64,000 nt of DNA from Marsupella aquatica (Eukaryota; Plantae; Marchantiophyta), in NCBI GenBank assembly GCA_973895155.1, contig OZ316894.1, forward strand, positions 18,202,705-18,266,704, written 5' to 3'. Below the pieces are notes generated by a model. It saw only the letters and a list, made by a program, of their open reading frames with translations, did no database searches and was not told where the DNA came from. A program made the position numbers and the translations under genes. Each line of letters starts with the position of its first letter. Position 1 is the stretch's first letter. Positions 1 to 12,072 of this stretch are shown piece after piece.

Positions 1-162
1 GGTCACGGGGCTTGTTGTACCTCTTCATGTTAACACCTTTGATAAACTTAATGAAGTGTGGCGAGCCCTCCAGACCTCCATTCAATTTATTGATGTCCAT
101 GGAGCCAGTGTGAAATTATTTTGCTTCATTGGTGACCCTAACAGAAGTTGAATTGATCGCAG

Positions 163-717
163 GAATTTGACCTCACGAGTATGAAGCATGATGATGTTGA
201 TTACACTGCAGCCTTTGGAGTAAAGTTGCTGCCGTCTGCTTCGGATAGCTACAGTCCGGAAATCAGTGACAGAGGAGCTGAACAAGCAGAATTGCAGGGA
301 AGAACAAAAGTAGAAGCTGCGCCAGAACCACTTTACAAGACAACAAGACTAGCAGCAAGCACAAGAAAGTGCTATGGGCTGGTGGTATGGTTTGACACAG
401 CTTTCTCAAGCAGATTCTGTAAAGAGAAATCTGTCAATTTGACAACATCCCCGCTCACACCTAAGACTCATTGGTCTCAGACATTACTTACATTCAAGGA
501 GCCTATTAGTCTCTGCTCAGAAGAAAGTGTAGTAGTCGATCAAAATTTTGACAGAAGTAGGGTCGGTTCAGATGATTTTCCTGCGTATTCCATAAGTGGA
601 CGTATTAGTATTGCTCGGAGTTTTAGATTTCGGAGTATTGATATTTCTCTTGAGGCAACTGCGTTAGGGGCAGGTGGGGCCTCAAAGTCCTGGCCCGTGC
701 AAATATTTGACATATGA
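163..717 (+). CDS. PRMT3: Terminal exon of protein arginine N-methyltransferase 3 (gene continues upstream of the window)
   Basis: Acceptor gatcgcAG|GAATTTGAC at 162/163 is in frame with ORF 181-717 and gives EFDLTSMKHDDVDYT. Contains the PRMT beta-barrel motifs CYGLVVWFDTAFSSRFC, TTSP..PKTHWSQT (THW loop) and RISIARS..RSIDISLE, typical of plant PRMT3. Confidence 0.88.
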   Translation, partial: EFDLTSMKHDDVDYTAAFGVKLLPSASDSYSPEISDRGAEQAELQGRTKVEAAPEPLYKTTRLAASTRKCYGLVVWFDTAFSSRFCKEKSVNLTTSPLTPKTHWSQTLLTFKEPISLCSEESVVVDQNFDRSRVGSDDFPAYSISGRISIARSFRFRSIDISLEATALGAGGASKSWPVQIFDI

Positions 718-2477
718 ATGAAAAGAATGAAAACGGAGCTAGTGCCTATGTTCCTGTATATGAAAACTCGCTCTGTAACCTGGCGAAAGCTTTCCCGACA
801 CCGTGGAAGGTGAAGTTTTGATTCTTCAGAAACGTACTTTACTGCTTGTGTAACGAGTGTTGCTGCAAAATGAATTACCCAACATCCACGATGCGCATGT
901 CATGTTCTCATCCTCTTTCTTCACAATCTGTGCATTTTCCATTAAACGGGGGAGCTACGTCGGGCAACATGATGATGGGGGGACGGTTCTCAGGTACCTG
1001 CCTCCGCAATGTCTGCCAGAGGCGATCCATGGATGGCATTCGTTGAGTCGGGTGCCAATCAGGACGAGGTCAGACATTTGTTAGTGATTATCTAGCCCTA
1101 CCGGGATTCCTTACTCAAACCAACGTTGGGCGAAATAGAATTTTAAGCCAAATTCTTGAGCAGATATTTCATCTTCACCTGATGGGCGAAATGAAAATCT
1201 TGGCCGTAATGTGAGTGTGTATGTGATAAGCTAAATGCCGCCGGGACTTCGATTGGTTTTGGTTTGATTGAAATGAACCTTCCCACAGGCCAGCTGGGTC
1301 TGCATTGACAGTCTTGTGATGGGTTTCCCTCCACTCGAAGGGTTCCACGCTGCCCAAAGAGATTCTTTGGAGCACGTAGCTTAAAATTTGCGAGAACGCA
1401 CCGACAGGACAGAACAGAGGAAGGATGCATTCTCACCTGCGGTAGTTCAGCACAGAACAGGATGAGTTGTTCTTCAGAGCTCCAGAGTGCTCACCAACTC
1501 GTCGTTGCTAGTGAAGGACAACAGCGAGACAAATGGGCCGCTATTGTTCCTTACCGTGACTGCCTGATTAAATCGTATTCTGCGCTCGACGGCAGTGTGG
1601 AGAAGATTGCAACGTTCCAGGTGCAGCACTGGGGGCATCTCCGCCAGAGTTTTCTCTCGAACTACTTGAGAGCATGCAGATCAAAGGTGAGTATAGACAG
1701 ATATTTTCTTGAGAAATTCAAGGATGAATATAGATTGATATGAAAAATGAAGATAATATAATTTATTCTTAAGTGATTAAAAATAGTTTTTAATTATTTT
1801 TTAGAAATTATGAGATGACAAATTTAAGATATTTTTTCGCATCTATTATTAAAATTTTATATATTTAAAAAATAATTAATTAAATAATTAAAAAAAAATC
1901 AAGGTTCTCTTGATATGTAAATTTTCTTTATAATCTTTGGATCTTTATAGTGTTAAAAAGTATATTTTGTTATATATTGTATAAATTTTCTCCAACTATT
2001 AGGTTATTGGCTAGTCAATAAAAATCTATAAATTTCTGTGCACCTGTTAAGGTCAACAGATTGTAAATACAATGATAAAAGTGGCCAATAGACTCTCTAA
2101 CCACATGGGTCTGAATTGTCAATTGGTTTTGCAATGATAGAGGTCTGAGAATTCGACTGGTTTTCCAGCCAGTTGAAATCACTGATATACAACAAGGAGT
2201 TATTTTGTCAGCTTGTGAAAGAGTTCTCTAGTCAGCTTGTGAAAATTTCACCTACAACTGTAGCTCGTGCATGACAAAAGAGAATGCAAAAATTCTAGTT
2301 TCGCTTCAAAACTATTGGATATCATGTGTCTGTAGGGTTGGTAATCACCGTCCTAAATTTTGTAGCAAGAATGCGATCATCCCTGGGCAGCATGGACTGC
2401 AGTCATTTGTGGGGGGGTGCAGCTTGGTGCAATTGTCAATCTCTGAATGACACCGACACCACAAAACTGTCGAGTCC

Positions 2478-4352
2478 TGTTAAGGCTTGATTCAATCGAA
2501 TACTTTACATCACAGTCTTGGGCAGTAGTACTCACGGAGGTATCAACCACTTTAGGTGAACTGATACAGATGTATGATAAGTCACCCAGACAGATATCGA
2601 TGCCTGATGGATCTCATCAACTGATTTAGACATAGTCTTGCGGGCACTAGTACTGAGGGAGCGATGAGTCCAAGGTACGAGACGGACCCGGACTGACAAT
2701 TGCTTTTGGAAAGCACGGGCTACTGGTCACCTACGAGAGAAGCTTTTGATGGTGAAATCTAACAGCCTTTGTCACTTGAACTAGGTGAGATCATGTGCAA
2801 GTCTTCTATGTTGCAGCGAGCACTTTACTCCCCTAGATTGGTATGCCTAGCACTTTAGCAGGTTCGGACGGAAGGCGGGGGCTGACAAGGTATGTGGTGC
2901 GTGATTGACCAGTATTCGAATTAGTGGCAGGAGATCGTGAGCTGATAGGGGCCCCGATCTGACCACTGGCCATGAGCTAGACAACTTGCGATCGTTTCTT
3001 CCAGTCTTTCTAAGACGAGACAGGACGGAATAATCCTAACCTCAATGGACAACCTCTGAAGATATTTTAACTTCTACAATTTATGTAGAAATATCTCAAA
3101 TTTGACAATCTATGTGAAAACCAGTTCCAATTCTACAATGCTTGAAAAGGAACTGGTCAAATTTGATAACCTAATGAAACAAATAATTCACTAGATTTGA
3201 TAGATTAGATAAGAATTAAGAGAAACATCTTAGATTTGAATAATTAATTGACGGAAATAAACATCTTAGATACAACATCTCACAAGAATATAGATATCTC
3301 AAAGGATAACTAGAGTTACCATAATCCACCAGAAAAGTCAGATTTCTGAATTGAAAGAGTAACTAAGATTTCATTCATAGACGGGAAAAGACATCTTAGA
3401 TACTACATCTCACTAAAAGACAGATTTCTTAATGAGAAAGGCCTGTTGCACTTTAGACAATGTCAACTTCGACTCCGCTCCGTCCGAATATGGAATGCAG
3501 CCATGCCGCAGGAGTGCAGAGGGCTGTCCTCGTGCTTGTAAGGCGAACACCGAGAGTTACTGGTCTCTCAACCTTCAGCCCTTGCCTCTTATAGTCGCAA
3601 TCTGCATACGAGGGAGTTGCGGACTACTAGACAGTGCAGGTGACTACTAGACAATGCAGGTGAAGGAACTATCAAGCGCCCAGGTCAATTTTCCCACCCA
3701 CTACGCCAGTCTTCACGTTTGCTTCTCCTCGAAGGAAAGGAAAGCAGGCGAGATCAATATACAGTGACGAATCTCGAAGGAAAGGAAAGCAGGCGGGATC
3801 ATTATACAGTCATGAATCTATGTATTTCTGCCATTTTTTCAACCCTTTTGACATTTTGATGCTCGCTTGAGACATTTGGGTCACTGGAAGGAAGGTTCGG
3901 ACAAGGCGGAAAGTTATATTCTCGAGTCCACTGGACGTAGTCTGAAGTGTCGTGTCATGTCAAAAAGAGTGATCGATCGACTCACATGGCAACAGCAGTA
4001 AGGCTGTCGGGAGCTGCTGTCGTAGACTTCGAGGGTGCTGGTTTGACCTTTTAGACCAGAGGGAAGGGCGAGCGGGGAAGGTAGTGCAGTAGTCGTTGAT
4101 CAATTGAGGTCCGGGACGAAAAGTCCATCTATGGGGGGCCCTGTGATAATTCTCGTCAGAAAAGACTGCATGCGCGCGAAAAGCGAAAAGGCCATCTACA
4201 TGAGTTCAAACCTCGGTTCAATCCATTGCAACAAGCGCTCGAACTGATACATTCGTTGTGGGCTTGAATTATTGTCGCCCCTTCCATGATCATAAGATGT
4301 CGAGCTACAACTTGCCCACGCCGTATCTAAGCAGATAAAAAAATCGCTAACA
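2478..4352 (-). mobile_element. Possible degenerate LTR / retroelement remnant
   Basis: Bounded by TGTTAAG (2478) and CTAACA (4352). Minus strand has a PPT-like GGCAAGGAGAAT abutting TGTTAG and an LTR-type CTATAAGAGG box near 3590. Contains internal short duplications. No TSD found. Confidence 0.3.
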
Positions 4353-4770
4353 ATTCTCCTTGCCAGGGTCCAGTGAGGCAGACGCAATCATCTCAACGAA
4401 TTTCGTGCCCACCCGTTGACGGGACCTACCGTCCCATGCTCCTTCCCATCGATTGCCGACCTTGTGTAAAAATACGAGAGCATGCAGGCTGTGAAACTTT
4501 GCGGCGCACAGGAACCCGCACGAGTGCCGAGCGCTTCATCTCGTGCGTTCTTCCACAGCCCAAATGACTGCTAAAGGAGGAGATTGAACGTAACTCTCAG
4601 CCTGTAAGATTTAAGTCTCTGCTCGCGAAGAATTTAGCTGTGAGCGCCGTGAGCCGTCATGGATTACTGTAGTGGTTAAACCTCAGGCCACCGAGCCCAC
4701 CATGCGATCCATGAATTGCACTTCAGCCACCGTCACCTCAAATAAAACGGCTGAACTGCTCAGTACTAAT

Positions 4771-4830
4771 TCCTTCATTAATCATCAATGACGTTGGGGG
4801 TCCTTCATTAATCATCAATGACGTTGGGGG
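4771..4830. repeat. Perfect 30-bp tandem duplication
   Basis: TCCTTCATTAATCATCAATGACGTTGGGGG at 4771-4800 and 4801-4830. Confidence 0.95.
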
Positions 4831-6993
4831 CAGTTTACACATTTTTTTTGTGTCCAAGATATGCCATCCATTTGAGAGAAATTGCTCCTGTTCACTTTAT
4901 AAAACCTTGGGGGCATTTTCAACCCAACCTGCTACCAATCCTACATGGAATGCAGTGGGGCCCAATTTTTGCTTATGTGGAGCACTTTTTTGGAGCACTT
5001 TTTTGTCCTATATTTTAGACCACCTCTCTTGGTGGTCTCTTCTTCTGGCCACTTGGTCCATTTCTATTTTAAGTCATTTGTAATAAAAAGGTACCCACAA
5101 GTCCTTCATAAGATATTCTCTTCTTACATTTACAAAGACTTTAGCCAAAGATTATTTGACATTCAGGTGAAGTGGGGTCCTCAATTGGGTCCTCAATCTT
5201 TCGTTTAGTCAATTAATCTGGCACCATTGGCTACACTTGGCTTTACAAGTCATTGGAGGCAATAAAAAGATTCAAAAAATGTTTTTAGCCCCGGGACACT
5301 ATATTCAGTGTGTGCAATGGCCCTCCAGTTTGCTTTGGTAAAAAAAACTCCCAAACACCCCCGGGTCTTGTAAAGTCCTCCTAATTGAGCACTCCTCTAG
5401 GGGTGGTTGGAATGCGAACATCCCGAATTCCCGACCCACACGTCTGTAGCAGACTAGCTGCCATAGTGCTATTTCAGACGTCCACGCATAGGGGAATCCC
5501 TTGACTGCAGCACGAGCGGCGAGTTTTAGATTAGAGGTGAGTCTGGCAACCGGAGTCGGCAGCATAGCCAAGATCAAGATTCCAGGCCGCCACTGTTCAA
5601 TATTCGGAATCTGTGGAGGCAGGCAAAGAAACCACGTCAATACTGCACTCCACATCCAAACGGTGGGTCCCCAACCCACACGGATCGAACGATCGAAAAC
5701 CAATAACTTCATGACTGTATAAAATATTTCCAATCCGAATCCACCTAATTGGACTACATTGGGACATTCTCGGGGAAAATGCGGCGAAACTGCACGATTC
5801 TGTACTCAAAGTCCAGGACACAGTAAATGACAATAGTGATGAACCCACACACGCCTGCACAAGGCCAGCACGAGTTTTCCACACTATCGCTCGTGCAAGA
5901 GCTCGCCGATCAGCCCATGTCACAAACCGACCCACGGACCCACATGTACGTTAACGCTAGCTACAAAATCATCACCGACTACGTAAAGAGGTCCATTGAA
6001 CAATTATACTGAGAGTGACCATGATTGCCCAACATCGATCGAGATAGAACCGTCTTTTGATGCAGACCGAAAAATGCTGGAAACGTCTAGGGATCAGATC
6101 TCTCAGACCACCGGTAGTGTGCGGGGTTTCTTTCTCACATCCGTAATAAAAGCTAACTGTTCGAGAAAAAACAAATTAAACCAAAAAAGCTGCAGACAGT
6201 ACAAGACTTGCGGCGGATCGAGATTCTAAAAGTCGAAGCAGAAACAGATCTTAGCACGGCACAACTGAATCGATTTGATCGAGCAGCCATACATTTCAGA
6301 GTCGGATTGAGACCCAATATTCGACAATGCAACGTGACCTCATAATTTTGGACAAACGAGCATAAAAGCCTAAGTATAATATAAGGAATATCTACTGTGC
6401 AACATTCTTTTTTCGACGGGCCCACTTTGGATCTGACTGATTGACTAATCCAGCAACGTTTTTGCGCATCATTCAGAATCACAGAGCAAGGGTACAAGAC
6501 AGTCTAACCTCTCCAAAGTGTACACCCTCGGGAAGAAGCTGGGAGTAACGTCTACAGTACAACAGTAACGTCCAGTTTACGGGCATGGTGGACCATGATG
6601 CACCCAAAAACAAGTACAGTACTTTGGCACTTTTGGTACTGTAAGTCAGAGATTTCTTTATGCTTGGGGGAGAAGTTTCTGAAAATGTCTTTCCAAATTT
6701 GCACTCCATTCTTCTCCACATATGCACGGTCTACGATTAGAAAGAGAAACATTATGAAGGGCATTAAGAGAGAGAGTTTACACTACCTAGAAATGCTATC
6801 CTGGTGATTGGCTAGCGCAACAAATAAATAATTATTAACATTTACCCATTGACTAACAAAACAATCTAGACCCCTATTGAACTAATTTTTTGCAGTAAAC
6901 TTCAAGTACTCTGACTATAGGTGTAAATATGGATGAACTTTCCCTGTATCATTAGTTATCAAATGAATAATGCAAAGAAGAGAATAACATTCA

Positions 6994-7184
6994 GGCCAAG
7001 AAAAGACTTAACAGACCCCTCTTGCATCTCCTGGACTAGCTTAACAGTCCAACAAAATGCCATAAAGACTTAACAAGACCCCCTGCCTATTTTGCCCAGG
7101 TCTTCATGGCATCTTACTCACAAGGGTCAGTCTGGTTAAGTCCAAAAGATACAGGAGGGGTCCTGTTAAGTCTTTTCTTGCACC
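6994..7184. mobile_element. MITE-like element with long imperfect terminal inverted repeats
   Basis: Left CAAGAAAAGACTTAACAG-ACCCCTCTTGCATCT matches the reverse complement of the right end, CAAGAAAAGACTTAACAGGACCCCTCCTGTATCT. About 190 bp, non-coding. Confidence 0.7.
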
Positions 7185-8411
7185 AAATAAATAGGCCTTG
7201 AGTTCAATATTTCAATAAAGAATTCTAAAGTTTTGCGCAGGTCCCGGGTTGGGATGAGATTGCAGTACTTGGTAAGTACGTGTTTGCAGATACTTGTGGT
7301 AGATCATCAATATTGCACTATCTGATAAGTGCAACATTGATGATCTTGCACTTATTGAAATGTTCCCCTTGCCACAGCAGATTGTACAATTCATGCTCTA
7401 AAACCCTATGCCCTATTGCAGAAGTGCAATCACACACAAAAAGTATCAACTATAATTGACAAGTGTTCCCATTAGTATAAGACTTATGGATTAAAGTTTG
7501 TTGCACTTATTGAGTAAGTGCATGAAAATGGGATTTGGCACATATGAAGAGTTGTCCATAAAGATGTCCCCTTCCAGAGAGAAACCCTTGCATTCATTAA
7601 GTATTGCAAGAATATGTTGCTCCCTTTTATCAATTATTTATTGCAATGTTACTCAAATCATATTAGTTTGAGGACCCCTTGGTTATTTAAGTTTGATGTT
7701 ATTCAACAACTAAGTTAGAGCATATGAAAAATTGCATACTATGAGGGGAAAAAATAGTAGATTTTTCATGGTAGTAGTCCATTCACAACTTTCCCTTGGT
7801 ATTCCTATGTCCTTAGAGGCCATGCAAAATGTGTTATAGAAGCCAGAGAGTTTTTTACATTCCTTTGGTATTCTTTTATACATAGTAGCTGAATACATTA
7901 CCTTAGTAAATGTTATAGTAATTCTTTCTACCCATGGTTATTCCAAAAATTGATAATTATATAGAAAACGCATACAATGTACTGGAAAACACTGATATAT
8001 CAATCACAATCCAACCAAAGGTTATTTTCTTTTCACTCCTTTCTTTGTGTATTTGAATAGTTACTTTTTAGTCTGTCATTGTTTGTACAATACAAGGTTT
8101 ACATGTATAGAATACGGAGACTTACCAGTGGTCTACCTTAGTGGCCGAAGCGCACCATTCAGGCCATGCACCTGACTTTCCTAGCCAAACAGGGGTATAC
8201 TGTGTCCTGGGATACCAAGACCTGTGGGGATGCTCTTAGCCATTGGTTTACATTTCAACTCTGTCAACAAGGATATAAATATAACCATAATTGTTTTCCT
8301 TGTGCCTTTTGATTCCTACTATGAGTACTATGAGTACTCTGATCTCTATATGGAGTATATACAGTTAGTACTCTTCAGTCTGTCTCATTATTGAGTATTA
8401 ATCCTACTACC

Positions 8412-9373
8412 CCAATGCCCCCGGTTTAACCTGACGGGCAACTTGACGCCTTGCCGGGCACGTAAAACTGTCAAATGACAGTCCCAAAACCGGAAGTTTG
8501 ACGCATATTCGCCTAGATTCTCCCAAACTCCCCCGGACCCCCCCGGACCCTTCCCGAACTCCCCCCGGATCCCCCCGGACAATTCCCGGACCTCTCCCAA
8601 ACTGGCTCCCCCGAACCCGGCTCCCTCCCCCCCCCCACCCGGACCGGCTCCCCCGAGCCCCTCCCCGGACCGCCCCCCCCCTGTGTTAAGGATTGCTCTT
8701 AGTCTTGTGACTCATAGGTTACGGCACTTAGGCTAACCACAGTTAGGATCTTAGCTGAGGTTAGATTAGTCGTGTGTGACCTTGTATATACCAGGGCTAG
8801 TGTAAGCCGCTGGTGGGTGGTGCTTACTCATTGTAACAGAACAACAGGAGGAAGAGAGAGAGCATGTGTGTTCGTCTACTCTTGAAGTAAAGCTTGAGTG
8901 TTCGTGTGGACGTAGCCTTGGAGAAGAGGTGAACCACGTAGAGATTGTGTCGACTACGTGTGCATGGAATGAGTCATGGTTGTATGGTCGTCTTAGTTCA
9001 ACACCCTGGACCAGCTCCCCCCCCCCCGACCCCGGCCCGGACCTCCCCCGAACTCGACCCAGACCCTTCCCGACCTCCCCCCGGACCCCCCCCGAACAAT
9101 TCCCGGACTCCCCCGGACACTTCCCAAACCTCTCTCGAACCCGGGTCCCCGAACCCCCCACGGACCAGCCCCCCCCCCCCCCCGACCGGCTCCCCACCCC
9201 CCCGGCCCGGACCTCTCCCGCCCGGACCCGGCCCGAACCTGGCCCGAACCTCTCCCGAACCTCTCCCGAACTAGTCCCAACCCAGACTGCTCCCGAACCC
9301 GGGTGCCGGGTTGTCATTTTGCCGGAGTTTTGAGGCCAGTTTGACGGGCAAGGTCAAACCGGGCCAATGCCTG
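8412..9373. mobile_element. Non-autonomous DNA transposon (hAT-like) filled with C-rich CCCGGA/CCCGAA repeats
   Basis: Imperfect TIRs: CAATGCCCCCGGTTTAACCT versus the reverse complement of the right end, CAGGCATTGGCCCGGTTTGACCT. Interior is dense CCCCGGAC/CCCGAAC repeats in an AT-rich context and is interrupted by a solo LTR. Confidence 0.5.
8684..9003. mobile_element. Solo LTR (320 bp) with 5-bp target-site duplication CCCTG
   Basis: Starts TGTTAAG and ends TTCAACA (TG...CA with short inverted ends). CCCTG at 8679-8683 and 9004-9008. Internal TATATA box near 8785. Confidence 0.88.
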
Positions 9374-11329
9374 TGTGTTGCAGCATATTGTCAATAGTGG
9401 CTGATGTTGCACGTGTTGTGGAGCACAAGTGGGACAAGGGATGGCCAGGGACTTGGTCACTTAACCCAACAATTGGATTTCAATGACTGTGTGAGCTACG
9501 GGAGACTGATGTTTGGGTGTGCAAAACTGCGCAATGGCACCTTTAAATGCATCCATGGTTAGGATAAATGTCCCCATAATGCAATGGCCAGGGAAGCAGC
9601 CAAGGACCCTTCCCACCAGAAATACATTTGGTAAGCAGACCATGCGAGAAAAGAACATAATAGATTGCATCTTATAGTGTTTAGATTTTCATGGATAACA
9701 TTTTTGCTTGGACAACTCTAACATTTTTTGGCATTAATAGCCATCAATGAGCTTTGCCAATTTTTATGTCCATCTGATCCTGGATTTTGTTATTTTGAAT
9801 TTCTTTCGATGATGTTGGACATAGTGTTCCCATGGACCACATTGTGGTGGTCCATGGGAGTTTGAGGCTTATAACTTGATGATTGTGAGTCTTAGAATAA
9901 TTTTTTGTTTTTCACCGGCAAGGCAACTAGAGAAGGAGGAGACATAAGAAAACTCAAACCCTAGTATTTAATATTAACACAATGAAAATCAATCTAGTAG
10001 AATTTACCCCAGTGCATTCCATGATGAATAACTCAACCATTAGACCAAAACTTTAGTGTCACTTTGATGGAAAAGGAGCTTACCTCCTCCTCTAGCATGT
10101 CCTCAAACTAAAGAATATTTGAATTTGTGAACATCAAACTACATTATTACAATTAAACTCAAGTTTTGGGGAATGGGTCCATGGCAGGGGGTTTCAAAAG
10201 ACAAATGTTGTGGTCCATGGGAGCATCATTTTCCATTTTATTACCATGAGTAGCAAAAGTAGAATTTGAGAATCTTTGCATGGCCTAAACTCCTTGCGGT
10301 TTAACTTATTCTTCCTTTTTTATTTTTATTTTGGAATTAAATTTTATTTCAAAAATACAAAATCATAACTTCTTCTTCCTTAGTACACTGTTGAATAACC
10401 TTAATTTTAGGTATTTTTTCTTTGTTTTTCTTTCCAAAACTCACTCAAGATTTTACGTACAGTCAACTTTCTTTCTGGTTATGGGCATTATGGGCCATAA
10501 TGTCCCCTCAAACTTAAGCTAAAGCCCTCATTTACTGGAAGTATACCCAAAGATGCCCTCTACACAGGACATTACCCTTACTACTAGAAATGTTGTCTTG
10601 CTTTTGCCCCAGTTTGCAGTTAAGCAGGTAAATATTCTAAAGGCACATTTCATTGGACCCAATGGAATCTTTGTCATAGGTGAAAACGTTCAAAAGATTT
10701 ACTGGGCATTTTGCCTTTTAATTCATCAAAGCAAATTGGAGGGGCACTTCTTGTCCTAAATGGAGAACTCTATATCAAAGATCTTTTGAAATGAGCTGCA
10801 ATAAATGCAAACCCTTAAATGAAAGAGCCAAGTTGGATTTGTTTGGACCACCTCTAGAGGTAGTCCAAGGTTCAAGGCAAATTATGCACTTCACTTGGCG
10901 TTGAGTTGGACACACTCCTTGTCATGTAGGATTGGTAAGCACTACAGTGAACCCTGGATAAACGCACCCTCTCGGGAAGAACGATCTGGCGTGCACTTAA
11001 GCAGGTGTTGCATGACTTGATAAGCGCACATCCCACTAAAAGTGCTGTAATAGATAAGTGTGCTTAATTTGGGATCCTTTGTTAAATGTGTAATTATCCA
11101 GGGTTTCCAAGTATTTGAGACCAAATTGTCTGGGCGATGGCAGATTGAGCATACCAAGTGAAAGAACAATGATATGGACTCCAGAACTCACCATGCACAT
11201 TGTAAATACTGCAATATACCCAGATCACACATACAATCCGTGAAATGAACCTTTATTTCAAAATGAGAACATTAGTGTCCAGTGTGTAGTAAAAACAAAA
11301 GTGGTCTGTCTACAGTTCCTACATTGGGC

Positions 11330-11869
11330 CTACACAACTTCTTCAGTACCGATAGCAGTATGGATTGAGCAGTCCCCTTCAACTAAGGAGCTTTCTGCCT
11401 GGTCTACTTCGCCCTCCACAGCCTCAGCATTGTATTTCCCTTCAATATAGGTCCATCTGCCATCTGGGCTAAAAGTTCCGTTCAATTTCTTCCACCTATG
11501 AAGCTGGCCAAAGCATTCGCCATCCAGATCAAGCTGAAAATGGAACTCTGCTACTTGGCGATGTGTCGTAAGGCAAGCAGTCACCCAATCCCAGGATACA
11601 CAGCGGATGATTGATGACAATCAAAACGGGCACTTCCAGCAAACACATTGTTTCTCAATGATAGTTGAGCACGAAGAGGTGATGATGTGGGTAGTGCTAG
11701 GATTCATCTCCGTGGCAAAGACTCCCCTGAAAACCTTGAATCTGTCACGGAGAACAGTGTATCGTGTCCATCCCACCTTCCCATCAAACATGAAGCATGC
11801 ATTGACCCCTCGGAAAAACTGATCTTCCAAAGGTGCTACGAGTGGCGCTGGCTGCTTTCGTTTCGGCAT
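11330..11869 (-). pseudogene. BRCT-domain ORF (Pol X / Pol lambda-type BRCT) inside the pogo element, one premature stop
   Basis: ORFs 11621-12058 and 11330-11620 share a frame and are separated only by TGA. Joined: MPKRK..FFRGVNACF..KVGWTRYTVLRDRFKVFRGVFATEMNPSTTHIIT..*..CVSWDWVTACLTTHRQVAEFHFQL. Shows BRCT hallmarks F.G, TH(I/L)I and WxxxC. A putative splice acceptor (ttttgaAG|) lies at 11917/11916. Confidence 0.75.
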
Positions 11870-12072
11870 AGCAGCGCTCAGAAATAGCCTCGACTTGCCC
11901 TGTTCACCTTCTGCACCTTCAAAACACAATAGGAAAACAAAACAATGGAGGAGAGTTCGCAACCCTGCAGATTTTATGGCGCCAAGGGCAAACATGGGGC
12001 TGTCCTTCCCGCCATCTGTTGCCCTAGTACTTAAGTGCACAAATGCAAAAATTATCACTTAAGACTTCCAAC

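Noticed and set aside
8388-9333. Pro-rich and Gly-rich ORFs resembling extensins
   Set aside because: They are translations of C-rich TE repeats and run across the solo-LTR boundary.
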